From Paracoccaceae bacterium (lineage in GTDB: Bacteria; Pseudomonadota; Alphaproteobacteria; Rhodobacterales; Rhodobacteraceae), in the NCBI GenBank assembly GCA_902632125.1, contig CACPBQ010000008.1, positions 24 to 64,023 of the forward strand: a DNA stretch of 64,000 nucleotides, read 5' to 3'. The position numbers were made by a program, and so were the translations under genes. Below the pieces are notes generated by a model. That model was not told the DNA's origin, made no database searches, and was given only the letters and a program-made list of their open reading frames with translations. Shown one piece after another: positions 21,862 through 32,924 of the stretch (position 1 is the stretch's first letter; the number at the start of each line of letters is the position of its first letter).

Positions 21862-22001
21862 AGTTAAGCTTTCATTTTAATAAACAAACTTTAGTTAACA
21901 CTAACTTGTTCCAAAACTGTTGCCAAAAAATACGTTTTTCAACAGTTTAACAAGTAAATTTAATTGCCATATTAGTTTAAATCATTCATTCAGGTCACAA
22001 A

Positions 22002-22226
22002 ATGAATACTTCAGACAAAATATCGATGCGAACCGAAGAAGTTTTGAGGATGGAATTAGAATTCTTTCGTCAAGAACACCGCGATTTAGATCAAGCAATC
22101 ACAGCACTTTCGGACACAGCAACCACGGATAGGCTTACGATCCAGCGGCTCAAAAAGAAAAAACTACTGCTAAAAGACAAAATTACCCAGATAGAGGATC
22201 GACTTACACCCGACATTATTGCCTAA
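22002..22226 (+). CDS. DUF465/YdcH family coiled-coil protein
   Basis: EHRDLD..I...QRLKKKKLLLKDKI...PDIIA. Confidence 0.85.
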   Translation: MNTSDKISMRTEEVLRMELEFFRQEHRDLDQAITALSDTATTDRLTIQRLKKKKLLLKDKITQIEDRLTPDIIA

Positions 22227-22272
22227 GATATATTCCTATTATATTAAGATAGTTGCAAATGCGAGGTACGAA

Positions 22273-22761
22273 ATGAGCAAAACCCAAGTAGGTTTAATCA
22301 TGGGAAGTCAGTCCGATTGGTTAACCATGAAAGAAGCAGCTGATGTTTTATCACAGCTTAACATCACTTATGAAAAAAAAATTGTTTCAGCTCATAGGAC
22401 CCCAAATCGTTTATGGGAATACGGAGAATCTGCTGAAAAAAGAGGCTTGCAAGTAATCATAGCCGGTGCAGGAGGTGCTGCTCATCTTCCCGGAATGATA
22501 GCATCAAAACTGAACTTACCTGTTGTTGGCGTGCCAGTAAAAACTTCGAGTTTAAATGGTATGGATAGCTTATATTCTATTTTGCAAATGCCACGAGGCT
22601 ATCCTGTTGCGACAATGGCTATCGGCGCGCAAGGCGCGGCTAATGGAGGCTTATTAGCGGCTCAAATAATAGCGTTATCTGATCCAAAACTTAGCAAACG
22701 TCTAAGTGACTGGCGGGTAGCTTTGTCAGCCTCAGTACCTCATGAACCTCAAAATGAATAA
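22273..22761 (+). CDS. purE: N5-carboxyaminoimidazole ribonucleotide mutase (probable start 22273)
   Basis: MGSQSD, SAHRTP and AGAGGAAHLPGM. Confidence 0.97.
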   Translation: MSKTQVGLIMGSQSDWLTMKEAADVLSQLNITYEKKIVSAHRTPNRLWEYGESAEKRGLQVIIAGAGGAAHLPGMIASKLNLPVVGVPVKTSSLNGMDSLYSILQMPRGYPVATMAIGAQGAANGGLLAAQIIALSDPKLSKRLSDWRVALSASVPHEPQNE

Positions 22762-23821
22762 ATCATTATCAACGGGATCCACTATAGGCATACTGGGTGG
22801 TGGGCAGTTGGGACAAATGCTAAGTATCGCTGCTGCCCGACTAGGTTTTAAAACTCACATTTTCGAGCCAAGTGCAAACCCACCTGCGTCATTTGTGGCA
22901 TCTAAGTTTACACAAGCAGAATATGATGATTATGAAGCACTCAAAAAATTTTCTTCGGACGTTGACGTGGTCACCTACGAGTTTGAGAACATCCCAACAC
23001 GTGCCTTGAATGTCATTGAAGAACAATGTGAAATTTTTCCAAGCAGAGAAGCTCTTAAAATATCACAAGACAGACTTTTAGAAAAAGAGTTTATAAATAA
23101 GTTAGGCTTTAAAACCGCGAACTTTTATGAGGTAAGTACTCAAGAAGATTTAATTCATGCAATAGATCAAGTTGGAACTCCCAGCATATTAAAAACAAGA
23201 CGTTTCGGATATGATGGAAAAGGACAATTTAAATTAGAGACAGCTTCGCAAGCCAAAAATATCTGGAAAAACTCAAGCGCAAAAGATTTAATACTAGAGG
23301 GTTTCGTAAATTTTTCTCGTGAATTTTCTGTAATTGGATCCAGATCAAAGGATGGGCAAATATCATGCTTTGATCCAGGAGAAAATGTGCACAAAGAGGG
23401 AATTCTAAGGACTACAACTGTACCGGCAAATCTTACAGTTCAGCAAAAAACGGAAGCTGTATTAATGACGGCAAAAATTTTAGATTCATTAAACTACGTT
23501 GGAGTAATTGGTATTGAGTTTTTTTTAGAGAAAAACTCTTTAGTTATAAATGAGTTTGCTCCAAGAGTTCATAACTCTGGGCATTGGACTCAAAATGGCT
23601 GCACAGTAGATCAGTTCGAGCAGCATATTAGGGCAATAACAGGTTGGAAACTTGGTAATGCAGAAAGGCATAGCGACATAATAATGGAAAACCTTATTGG
23701 GGAGGAAATTTATAAGACTAACAAATTAGTTGCGGATGGTTCTCTTGCGTTACACTTGTATGGGAAAGCTGACGTTAAACCAGGCCGTAAAATGGGCCAT
23801 TTTAACCGAATTAAAAATTAA
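22754..23821 (+). CDS. purK: N5-carboxyaminoimidazole ribonucleotide synthase
   Basis: GGGQLG, GYDGKGQ, NEFAPRVHNSGH and GRKMGH. Confidence 0.97.
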   Translation: MNKSLSTGSTIGILGGGQLGQMLSIAAARLGFKTHIFEPSANPPASFVASKFTQAEYDDYEALKKFSSDVDVVTYEFENIPTRALNVIEEQCEIFPSREALKISQDRLLEKEFINKLGFKTANFYEVSTQEDLIHAIDQVGTPSILKTRRFGYDGKGQFKLETASQAKNIWKNSSAKDLILEGFVNFSREFSVIGSRSKDGQISCFDPGENVHKEGILRTTTVPANLTVQQKTEAVLMTAKILDSLNYVGVIGIEFFLEKNSLVINEFAPRVHNSGHWTQNGCTVDQFEQHIRAITGWKLGNAERHSDIIMENLIGEEIYKTNKLVADGSLALHLYGKADVKPGRKMGHFNRIKN

Positions 23822-23834
23822 ATTTCTAATTTCT

Positions 23835-23865
23835 AAAAAAAACCCCAGGATTAATCCCAGGGTTT
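23835..23865 (-). terminator. Rho-independent terminator of groESL
   Basis: Minus-strand RNA CCCUGGGA-UUAA-UCCUGGGG hairpin (two G-U pairs) followed by U8. Confidence 0.8.
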
Positions 23866-23888
23866 CTAAAATCACACTTACTTTGGAC

Positions 23889-25559
<1,671 letters not shown>

Positions 25560-25587
25560 CTATTTGTTAAAATTAATTTTTTAGCGA

Positions 25588-25875
25588 TTAGGACAAAGTG
25601 CCTAAAATATCGCTTTCTTTCATGATAAGAAGTTCTTCTCCATCAATAGTCACTTCTGTTCCAGACCATTTGCCGAATAGAATTTTATCACCTTCGCTAA
25701 CTGACATAGCAATTAGTTCACCGCTGTCCTTACGAGCGCCTTCTCCAGCAGCTACGATAACACCTTCTGCAGGCTTTTCTTTAGCGCTTTCAGGAATAAT
25801 TAGTCCGCCTGACGTTTTTTCGTCGCTTTCTACGCGGCGAACAAGAACACGGTCATGAAGTGGTTTTAATGCCAT
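25588..25875 (-). CDS. groS: Co-chaperonin GroES
   Basis: [16 protein letters not shown] and KWSGTEV. Confidence 0.99.
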   Translation of the reverse strand: MALKPLHDRVLVRRVESDEKTSGGLIIPESAKEKPAEGVIVAAGEGARKDSGELIAMSVSEGDKILFGKWSGTEVTIDGEELLIMKESDILGTLS

Positions 25876-25919
25876 ATTAAGGCTCCTTCACTAAGTTACA
25901 TTGTGCCCTGACCGGGCTA

Positions 25920-25946
25920 TTATCACTCATGGTATCTGAGTGCTAA
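25920..25946 (-). promoter_or_regulatory. CIRCE element (HrcA operator) upstream of groES
   Basis: TTATCACTC-N9-GAGTGCTAA, one mismatch from TTAGCACTC-N9-GAGTGCTAA; a minus-strand TTGACT...CATAAAT promoter-like sequence lies just upstream (about 25955-25982). Confidence 0.93.
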
Positions 25947-26025
25947 CAAGCGGTATTTATGTATGGAATATGGTAGAGTCAACCATCTTGATTAAAAAAA
26001 AATTAAATTTGCAGAAATTTGTTGA

Positions 26026-28041
26026 TCAAACCAGTCCACGACCTTTCAAAAGAGCATCTACCTTTGGTAATTTGCCTCGAAACTTAACGTAGGCTAATTC
26101 AGAATCTATACTATTTCCTACGGAGAGAATATTTTTTTCTAATGAATTAGCCAACTTTTCATCAAATGGATTACCTGCTTCCTCGAAAGCCAAAAAAACA
26201 TCCTCATCCATAACTTCCGACCACATGTAACTGTAGTAAGCAGCAGCATAATAACCACCCGAAAATACATGAGCGAAGTGTGGAGTTGCATGTCTCATCT
26301 CAATTGCCTCAGGCATTTCTATTTTGCTTAAAATTTCAGTTTGAAGTTTCATGATATCGTAATCGGTATCGGAAAGATGAAAATAAAGATCCACCAGAGC
26401 GCTGGAGGTATATTCAACGGTTTGGTAACCCATATCGTAATTTGAGGCACCTTTAATTCTTTCTATCAACTCGTCTGAAATCGGTATTTTGGTTTCATAA
26501 TGACGTGCAAACTTTTTCAATACGTCTGGGACGGTCAGCCAATGTTCAAATAACTGACTGGGCAATTCAACAAAATCTCGCGAAACAGAAGTTCCTGACA
26601 TAGGTTCGTAGGTAACGTTAGATAATAGTTGATGAAGCGCGTGACCAAATTCGTGAAATAATGTTTGGGCGTCATCAAAAGATAAGAGCGCAGGTGAGCT
26701 TTTTGCAAAATTACAAACGTTCAAAACTATTGGCTTTTGTACGGTTGGAAATTTAGCTTGAGATTGAAACGCACTACACCAAGCACCAGATCGCTTAGAT
26801 GCTCTAGCAAAGTAATCTCCTATAAATAACCCAACAGTCTTATTTTTTCTGAAAACTTGCCAAGCTTTACAGTCATTATGATAAAGAGGCAGATCTATTG
26901 GTATGAATGAAAGATCAAATAATTTATTTGCACAATAAAATGCAGCTTTTATCATCTGGTCCAAACTAAAATACGGTTTTATTTCTAATTCGTTTAATTC
27001 ATGCTCATTTTGTCTTCTTTTCTCTGAATAATACTGCCAGTCCCAAGAACTAAAATTATCCTTTATATCATCCTTGGCCATGTAGGAGGTTAGAATTTTT
27101 TGATCTGTTAAAGCCTGTTTTTTCGAGTGGCCCCAAACTTTCAGCAATAGCTTCTCGACGTTTTCTGGCTTTTTTGCCATTTCTGTCTCTAGCTTAAATT
27201 CAGCAAAATTCTTGTAACCAAGCAGATCGGCCATCTGTCTCCGTAAAGCCAATATTTCACGCGCAATTGGCCTATTATCAGTTTCTTCTTTTTGCATCCC
27301 TCGAGATACCCATGCTTGTTGAGCTTGTTTTCTCAGTTTGCGATTAGGAGAAAATTTTAAAAATGGTGTAATAATAGATCGAGACAGTGTGATAATCGGA
27401 TTTGTTATCCCTTTTTCATCTGCTGCTTTTCTTGCAGCCTCAACCAGAAAATTAGGTAGTACATTTTGGTCCTCTAAACCAAGCTCAAGATGCCAGGAAC
27501 GTTCATCAGCTAGTAAATTTTGTGAAAATTTGGTACCTAAAATTGAAAGCTGTTTTTTAATATCTTTCAGTCTTTCTTTACTTTGATTATTAAGAGCAGC
27601 GCCCGCCCTTACATAATCTTGATGTATTTTTTCTAGAAGCCTCTGTTCTTCAGGTAATAAGTTTAAACTATCAATTTGCTCAAATAGTTCCTGAATGCGA
27701 TTAAAAAGTTTTTCATTTGATGTAATTTTTGATGAGTGTGATGACAACTTTGGAGAAAATTCTGTCATCAGCTTTTCGCGTTGGGTATTAGAGTCTGCAC
27801 TCACCAAGGTATAAAAAACAGAAAGAACCCTTTCCAGTAAATTACCCGACTTTAATAGTGCATGAATAGTATTTTCGAAGGTTGGTGGATCAGAGTTTTC
27901 GGAAATTTCTTGGATTTCCTGAAGCTCATATTCCATTGCTCTTTCCACAGCTTCAGAAAAATGGTCATCCAAAATTTCATCAAACGGTGCAATTTTGTAA
28001 GGAGTATTCCAACTGGTCAGTAGTGGGTTTTTATTTTCCAT
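26026..28041 (-). CDS. dcp: M3 family metallopeptidase (peptidyl-dipeptidase Dcp)
   Basis: NPLL N-terminus, KRSGAW, FHEFGHALH, DFVELPSQ and YYSYMWSEV. Confidence 0.9.
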   Translation of the reverse strand: MENKNPLLTSWNTPYKIAPFDEILDDHFSEAVERAMEYELQEIQEISENSDPPTFENTIHALLKSGNLLERVLSVFYTLVSADSNTQREKLMTEFSPKLSSHSSKITSNEKLFNRIQELFEQIDSLNLLPEEQRLLEKIHQDYVRAGAALNNQSKERLKDIKKQLSILGTKFSQNLLADERSWHLELGLEDQNVLPNFLVEAARKAADEKGITNPIITLSRSIITPFLKFSPNRKLRKQAQQAWVSRGMQKEETDNRPIAREILALRRQMADLLGYKNFAEFKLETEMAKKPENVEKLLLKVWGHSKKQALTDQKILTSYMAKDDIKDNFSSWDWQYYSEKRRQNEHELNELEIKPYFSLDQMIKAAFYCANKLFDLSFIPIDLPLYHNDCKAWQVFRKNKTVGLFIGDYFARASKRSGAWCSAFQSQAKFPTVQKPIVLNVCNFAKSSPALLSFDDAQTLFHEFGHALHQLLSNVTYEPMSGTSVSRDFVELPSQLFEHWLTVPDVLKKFARHYETKIPISDELIERIKGASNYDMGYQTVEYTSSALVDLYFHLSDTDYDIMKLQTEILSKIEMPEAIEMRHATPHFAHVFSGGYYAAAYYSYMWSEVMDEDVFLAFEEAGNPFDEKLANSLEKNILSVGNSIDSELAYVKFRGKLPKVDALLKGRGLV

Positions 28042-28051
28042 CTTAATATCT

Positions 28052-29089
28052 TCAAATAGAGCAAATTGGGCATTTTTTATTTGGGTTGATTTTTATCTTA
28101 CGACTTTCCCCCTTCAAACCATCATAGATAAACATTTGTCCTGATAATGTGTTACCTGAATGGCTTAAAATTTTCAAAGTCTCAACGGCCATAACTGAGC
28201 CAATAACGCCTGGCAGAGGAGAAAAAACACCACCCTCAGAACACGTTACTGCCAAGCCATCTTTGGGTGGGCTCGGAAATACGCAAGCATAGCAGGGCCC
28301 GCCTTTGTGCGGGGCAAATACTGAAACTTGGCCCTCCCATTGACTCAAAGCCCCTGAAACTAAATGTTTTTTGGTAATAACAGCAGCTGAGTTCGATATA
28401 TACCGTGTCTCAAAATTATCGGTTCCATCTACGACAACATCATACTCAGAAAAAATTTGTTCGGCTATTTCAGAATTTAGTCGTCTATTATAAGGCCGCA
28501 CATTTACATTATTATTCAACCGATAAATAGCATCTACTGCTGAGAAAACCTTTTGCTCTCCCACTTGTTTTGTTGGGTAAATAACTTGCCTTTGCAAATT
28601 TGATAAACTGACTTTGTCATGATCAATAATCCCAATTGTTCCAACCCCCGATGCGGCTAGATATTGAATAACCGGAGCACCTAAACCTCCTGCTCCAATA
28701 ATTAAAACACTGGAATCTTTAATGCGTCGTTGTCCAAGCCCACCAAGTTCTTTCAATAAAATATGCCTGGAATAACGCTCTAGTTCATGATTTGAAAACT
28801 CATCTGCTTCTTGAACCTCGTCTGGATAACCTTCGTTCGATTTGTTTCTAAGACTATTGATAAATAATTTGAAAAAAAAAGTTACACCGAAAATAAAGGA
28901 GATCGTTGCCCAAGGAGCCCAACCACCCATTATGATCGAAAAGGGATTTGTTTCAGGAATTAGAAAAAGAGTTCCAAGTATAGAAGCTAATGTAATAAAA
29001 ACAGAGGCCCAACGTAAATTTTGGCTCACTCCCAAATATCCAGCAATAAGCCAAGCAAAGACCAAAAAAGATAGAATAGCTAATATCAT
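28052..29089 (-). CDS. moeB: MoeB/ThiF family adenylyltransferase with N-terminal membrane extension
   Basis: RYSRHI, GAGGLG, SNLQRQ, DGTDNF, CYAC and CPIC; the first ~80 aa are hydrophobic. Confidence 0.85.
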   Translation of the reverse strand: MILAILSFLVFAWLIAGYLGVSQNLRWASVFITLASILGTLFLIPETNPFSIIMGGWAPWATISFIFGVTFFFKLFINSLRNKSNEGYPDEVQEADEFSNHELERYSRHILLKELGGLGQRRIKDSSVLIIGAGGLGAPVIQYLAASGVGTIGIIDHDKVSLSNLQRQVIYPTKQVGEQKVFSAVDAIYRLNNNVNVRPYNRRLNSEIAEQIFSEYDVVVDGTDNFETRYISNSAAVITKKHLVSGALSQWEGQVSVFAPHKGGPCYACVFPSPPKDGLAVTCSEGGVFSPLPGVIGSVMAVETLKILSHSGNTLSGQMFIYDGLKGESRKIKINPNKKCPICSI

Positions 29090-29562
29090 TTCGTTCCCGT
29101 TGACCCGAACCCACTATTGCTTCTAATTGTCTGGCTCAAATTTTTTGAAACTTTGAACTGAACTTTCAAAGTTGCAGCAAAAACTATCTGTGCGATTCTC
29201 ATACCGTGAGTTATTTTGAAATCAAACTCGCCCATATTTATTATGATCAAGCCAATTGGACCTCTATAATCACTATCAATCGTACCAGGTGAGTTTAATA
29301 AAGTCAGACCATACTTTAAAGCTAGGCCCGAGCGGGGTCTCAATTGGCCTTCCACACCACTCGGTATTTCAAAACATAACCCAGTAGGGATCAATTCTCG
29401 CTGCAATGGAGCTAAAGTTAAACCACTTGAACGAAATTCTGTATTAAAATTGGCTCGCAAGTCTGCGCCAGCTGCTCCGTCAGTTTCAAACTTTGGCAGG
29501 CCTAAATCTTTATCAGCCTCTTCTGTCCAACCAACGGCAACTTTAATCATCCATTTCCTCAA
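29086..29562 (-). CDS. dut: dUTP diphosphatase
   Basis: AGADL, RPRSGLA, GTIDSDYRG, RIAQ and GFGSTG. Confidence 0.97.
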   Translation of the reverse strand: MRKWMIKVAVGWTEEADKDLGLPKFETDGAAGADLRANFNTEFRSSGLTLAPLQRELIPTGLCFEIPSGVEGQLRPRSGLALKYGLTLLNSPGTIDSDYRGPIGLIIINMGEFDFKITHGMRIAQIVFAATLKVQFKVSKNLSQTIRSNSGFGSTGTK

Positions 29563-30754
29563 AAGACTGGCTTATCTTTTCAACCAAAATTTTGGCAAGT
29601 GCCCGTTTTGACATTTTAGTATGTGTTTGAACATCTTTTTCAGAAACAATAATAGCAGCATTTTCATTGCCACCCAAAGTTTGAGTACCCAAAGAAACAT
29701 CGTTTGCCACAATAAAATCACAACCTTTTTTCATAAGTTTGGACTTTGCATTCTCGAGTATATTTTCAGTTTCAGCTGCAAAACCCATAACAATTTTAGG
29801 CCTATTTTTTTTCAATTTTGAAACTGAAGCTAAAATATCTTTGTTTTCCGTCAAATCAAAATCCGGTAAATTACCAGTTTGCTTTTTCAACTTCTGTTGC
29901 TCAGTTTTTTTAATTTTCCAATCTGCAACTGCAGCTGCAAAAACTGCAGCATCAGCAGGAAGAGATGAATGAACCGCATCATACATTTCGTCTGCAGTCT
30001 CTACTCTAATTATATTTGAACCATGCGGCGGATCCAAATTAACGGGGCCCGTAATAAACGTTACCTCAGCTCCACTTTCGACAAGTTCGTTTGCTATTGC
30101 TCCTCCTTGTAATCCAGAAGATCTGTTGCCAATGAAACGCACAGGATCTATTGGCTCTATAGTTGGGCCTGAAGTTACTATAAAGTGACGGCCTTTTAAC
30201 TTTTTGTCACGAAAGTTATCCTCTATTTCTTTCAGAATTTCATCCGCCTCAGCCATTCGTCCAAAACCAAATTCACCACAAGCCATCTCACCTTCATCTG
30301 GGCCTACGAATTTAACACCATTGTTATGTAAAATATTTATATTCTTTTGAGTTAAGGGGTTTTCCCACATGCGAACATTCATAGCAGGAGCCATCAAAAC
30401 TTTGGTATCAGTAGCTAAAATAAGAGTGCTAGCAAGGTCATTTGCTTGGCCAGTTGCTGTTTTGGCAATAAAATCAGCACTCGCCGGTACAACAATAATT
30501 AAATCAGAACTTCGAGACAACTCAATGTGGCCCATTTCGGCCTCATCAGTCAAATCAAACAACTTGTTAAATACTTTTTCTTGGGCAAGAGCTGAAACTG
30601 ACATTGGAGTAACAAAGTTTTCAGCAGCTTTGGTCATAACGGGAATAACGTCAGCTCCCTTTTCCTTTAGCTTCCTAACTAATTCCAAGGACTTATAAGC
30701 TGCGATTCCGCCTGTTATTATGAGAAGTACTTTTTTACCGTTAAGCATCTGCAA
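29543..30754 (-). CDS. coaBC: Bifunctional phosphopantothenoylcysteine decarboxylase/ligase
   Basis: GGIAAYK, GHIEL, PAMNVRM, ACGEFG.GRM, DPVRFIGNRSSG and GFAAET. Confidence 0.97.
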   Translation of the reverse strand: MQMLNGKKVLLIITGGIAAYKSLELVRKLKEKGADVIPVMTKAAENFVTPMSVSALAQEKVFNKLFDLTDEAEMGHIELSRSSDLIIVVPASADFIAKTATGQANDLASTLILATDTKVLMAPAMNVRMWENPLTQKNINILHNNGVKFVGPDEGEMACGEFGFGRMAEADEILKEIEDNFRDKKLKGRHFIVTSGPTIEPIDPVRFIGNRSSGLQGGAIANELVESGAEVTFITGPVNLDPPHGSNIIRVETADEMYDAVHSSLPADAAVFAAAVADWKIKKTEQQKLKKQTGNLPDFDLTENKDILASVSKLKKNRPKIVMGFAAETENILENAKSKLMKKGCDFIVANDVSLGTQTLGGNENAAIIVSEKDVQTHTKMSKRALAKILVEKISQSFEEMDD

Positions 30755-30839
30755 TCTCGTTTTATTAGCACTAGAAGTTTAGTGCGTTACGACACTGACA
30801 TGCAACCCGTAGATTTAAATAGTAACGGTGAAGTTAAAA

Positions 30840-31724
30840 TTAGAGAAAATTTTTAACTTCGCCTGCATTTTTTTCTAAATATTTGCGCATTTTTCCGAAA
30901 GCGGCAGCTTCTAATTGCCGAACACGTTCTTTGGACAAACCCAACTCGGCACCTAAGCTCTCCAATGTTCGTGGGCTATCGATTAACTTTCGCTCACGTA
31001 CAATGAATTTTTCTCTGTCATTTAGCGCATCCATTGCAACATATAACCAGTCGGCCAGTCTTTGTTGATCATGCTCTTCTTCTACGTTCAAATCAGCTCT
31101 GGCGTTTTCATCTTCAAGTGTTTCGATCCATTCCCTACCTTCTTCGTCGCTTGCCTGTGTCGCATTCAATGAAAAATCTGATCCAGACAAGCGGCCGTCC
31201 ATCATCTCCACGTCATTAAGTGGTACACCTACTTCAGTAGCTATTAACTGGTTCAACTGATGCTTATCTAAGTTTTCTCCAGTTTGCTGAGCTTCTCGTT
31301 CAAGCTGAGCTTGAACTCTTCGCATGTTAAAAAACAAAGATTTTTGACTGCTGGTTGAACCAGTCCGTACCATAGACCAATTCCGCATAACATAATCCTG
31401 CACACTCGCCTTGATCCACCACACTGCATAAGTCGAAAATCTAACACCTCTATCGGGATCAAACTTATCAGCGGCTTTCATTAGACCCAAACCAGCCTCT
31501 TGCACCAGATCATTCATCGGGGCACCATAACGCTTGAATTTAGCAGCCATCGATATTGCAAGACGCATGTAGGCGGTTATCAAACGATGTAAAGCGGCTT
31601 CATCTCTCGAGTCCCTCCAAGCATAGGCCAATTGCAGTTCTGTTTCGGCGTCCAGTAATTCTGCCTTAACCGCTTTTCTGGTAAGTGACATATTTGTGTT
31701 ATTGTCTAAAGCCATCGCTATCAC
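30840..31724 (-). CDS. rpoH2: RNA polymerase sigma-32 family factor, RpoH2 paralog
   Basis: DLVQEA.LGLMKAADKFDPDRGVRFSTYAVWWIKA, RpoH box (QKSLFFNMRR) and SKERVRQLE; position next to coaBC. Confidence 0.9.
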   Translation of the reverse strand: MIAMALDNNTNMSLTRKAVKAELLDAETELQLAYAWRDSRDEAALHRLITAYMRLAISMAAKFKRYGAPMNDLVQEAGLGLMKAADKFDPDRGVRFSTYAVWWIKASVQDYVMRNWSMVRTGSTSSQKSLFFNMRRVQAQLEREAQQTGENLDKHQLNQLIATEVGVPLNDVEMMDGRLSGSDFSLNATQASDEEGREWIETLEDENARADLNVEEEHDQQRLADWLYVAMDALNDREKFIVRERKLIDSPRTLESLGAELGLSKERVRQLEAAAFGKMRKYLEKNAGEVKNFL

Positions 31725-31769
31725 CCTTACATGTTATCCAAGCCTAAACGAGCTTGTTATGTTTTAAGA

Positions 31770-31795
31770 TACGGAGATAGGATTTTGTTGGATCA
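31770..31795 (-). promoter_or_regulatory. SigmaE (RpoE/ChrR, ECF11) promoter of rpoH2
   Basis: Minus strand reads TGATCC-N15-CCGTA, the Rhodobacter sigmaE consensus. Confidence 0.85.
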
Positions 31796-31913
31796 CTTTT
31801 AAGAAGTCTCAATCAAAAGAAATTTTTATAACGATCCTTGAAAAACAATGTCATAAACAGAATGAAACTAATAAAAATCGCATCAATTTTTTTATCGACT
31901 TAATTAATATTTC

Positions 31914-32870
31914 TCAATTTTTGAGCTTTTTTTCAACTGCTTGCCAAATCAATGCTGCGATATTTAGCTTATCGAAACGCTCCAATTCTTGTATGCCCGT
32001 CGGCGAAGTTACATTTATTTCAGTTAACTTATCACCAATGACATCAATGCCAACAAAAATCTGTCCTTTATTTTTTAATGTTGGCCCTATAGCACGACAA
32101 ATTTCTCTATCTCTTTGGCTCAAACTTGCTGGTTCAGCAGTTCCACCGACATGCATATTAGATCTTGTTTCACCCTCTTTTGGCACGCGATTGATCGCAC
32201 CAACCGGCTCACCATCGACTAAAATTATACGTTTATCACCATTTTTAACATCAGGTAAAAATGCTTGGGCAATTAATGGTTCAGAAGACATACTTGTAAA
32301 CAATTCGTGCAAAGATGCTAAGTTTTTGTCGTCGTCTGTTAGGCGAAAAATACCAGCACCGCCATTGCCATATAAGGGTTTCACGATAATGTCCCTAACT
32401 TCACCTTTAAATTTTTTAATTTCCTCTAGATCACGAGATATCACGGTAGCTGGGATCAAATCAGGGAACTCTAATACCAACAACTTTTCGGGCAAGTTTC
32501 GCACCCAAAATGGATTATTAACTATTAGAGTTTCTTGTGCAACTAAATCTAACAGATGAGTATTCGTTATATATCCCATATCAAATGGTGGGTCTTGTCT
32601 TAACCAAATAACGTCAAATTCGCTCAGTTCTATTTTCTCTGAATCACCAAATTTCACGTGATCACCAATTTTTCTTTTTAAACTTATCGGGCGGACATCT
32701 GCTGCAACTTTACCTCTGTTAAAAGTCAAATCATCAGGGGTATAAATGTACAAATCGTGACCTCTATTTTGAGCTTCTTCCGCGAGCCTAAAAGTGCTAT
32801 CTGCATCAATGTCTACGCACTCGATAGGGTCCATTTGAAATGCAATTTTCATAGGGGAACCTCGTTTCAT
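31914..32870 (-). CDS. gshB: Glutathione synthetase (start may be 32852, MKIAFQMD)
   Basis: AFQMDP, RQDPPFD, KPLYGNGG, GDKRI, RSNMHVGG and EINVTSPTG. Confidence 0.97.
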   Translation of the reverse strand: MKRGSPMKIAFQMDPIECVDIDADSTFRLAEEAQNRGHDLYIYTPDDLTFNRGKVAADVRPISLKRKIGDHVKFGDSEKIELSEFDVIWLRQDPPFDMGYITNTHLLDLVAQETLIVNNPFWVRNLPEKLLVLEFPDLIPATVISRDLEEIKKFKGEVRDIIVKPLYGNGGAGIFRLTDDDKNLASLHELFTSMSSEPLIAQAFLPDVKNGDKRIILVDGEPVGAINRVPKEGETRSNMHVGGTAEPASLSQRDREICRAIGPTLKNKGQIFVGIDVIGDKLTEINVTSPTGIQELERFDKLNIAALIWQAVEKKLKN

Positions 32871-32924
32871 CCTGAATATTTAAAAACCCATTTTTTAGTA
32901 TATTTAATTTCGAAGGTAAAGAAA

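Noticed and set aside
21862-22001. ROSE thermometer or RpoH promoter upstream of hsp20
   Set aside because: It is expected by analogy, but no convincing U(U/C)GCU-SD pairing or consensus promoter is visible.
31921-32559. 212-aa ORF antisense to gshB
   Set aside because: It is a shadow ORF opposite a conserved gene, with no motifs or RBS.
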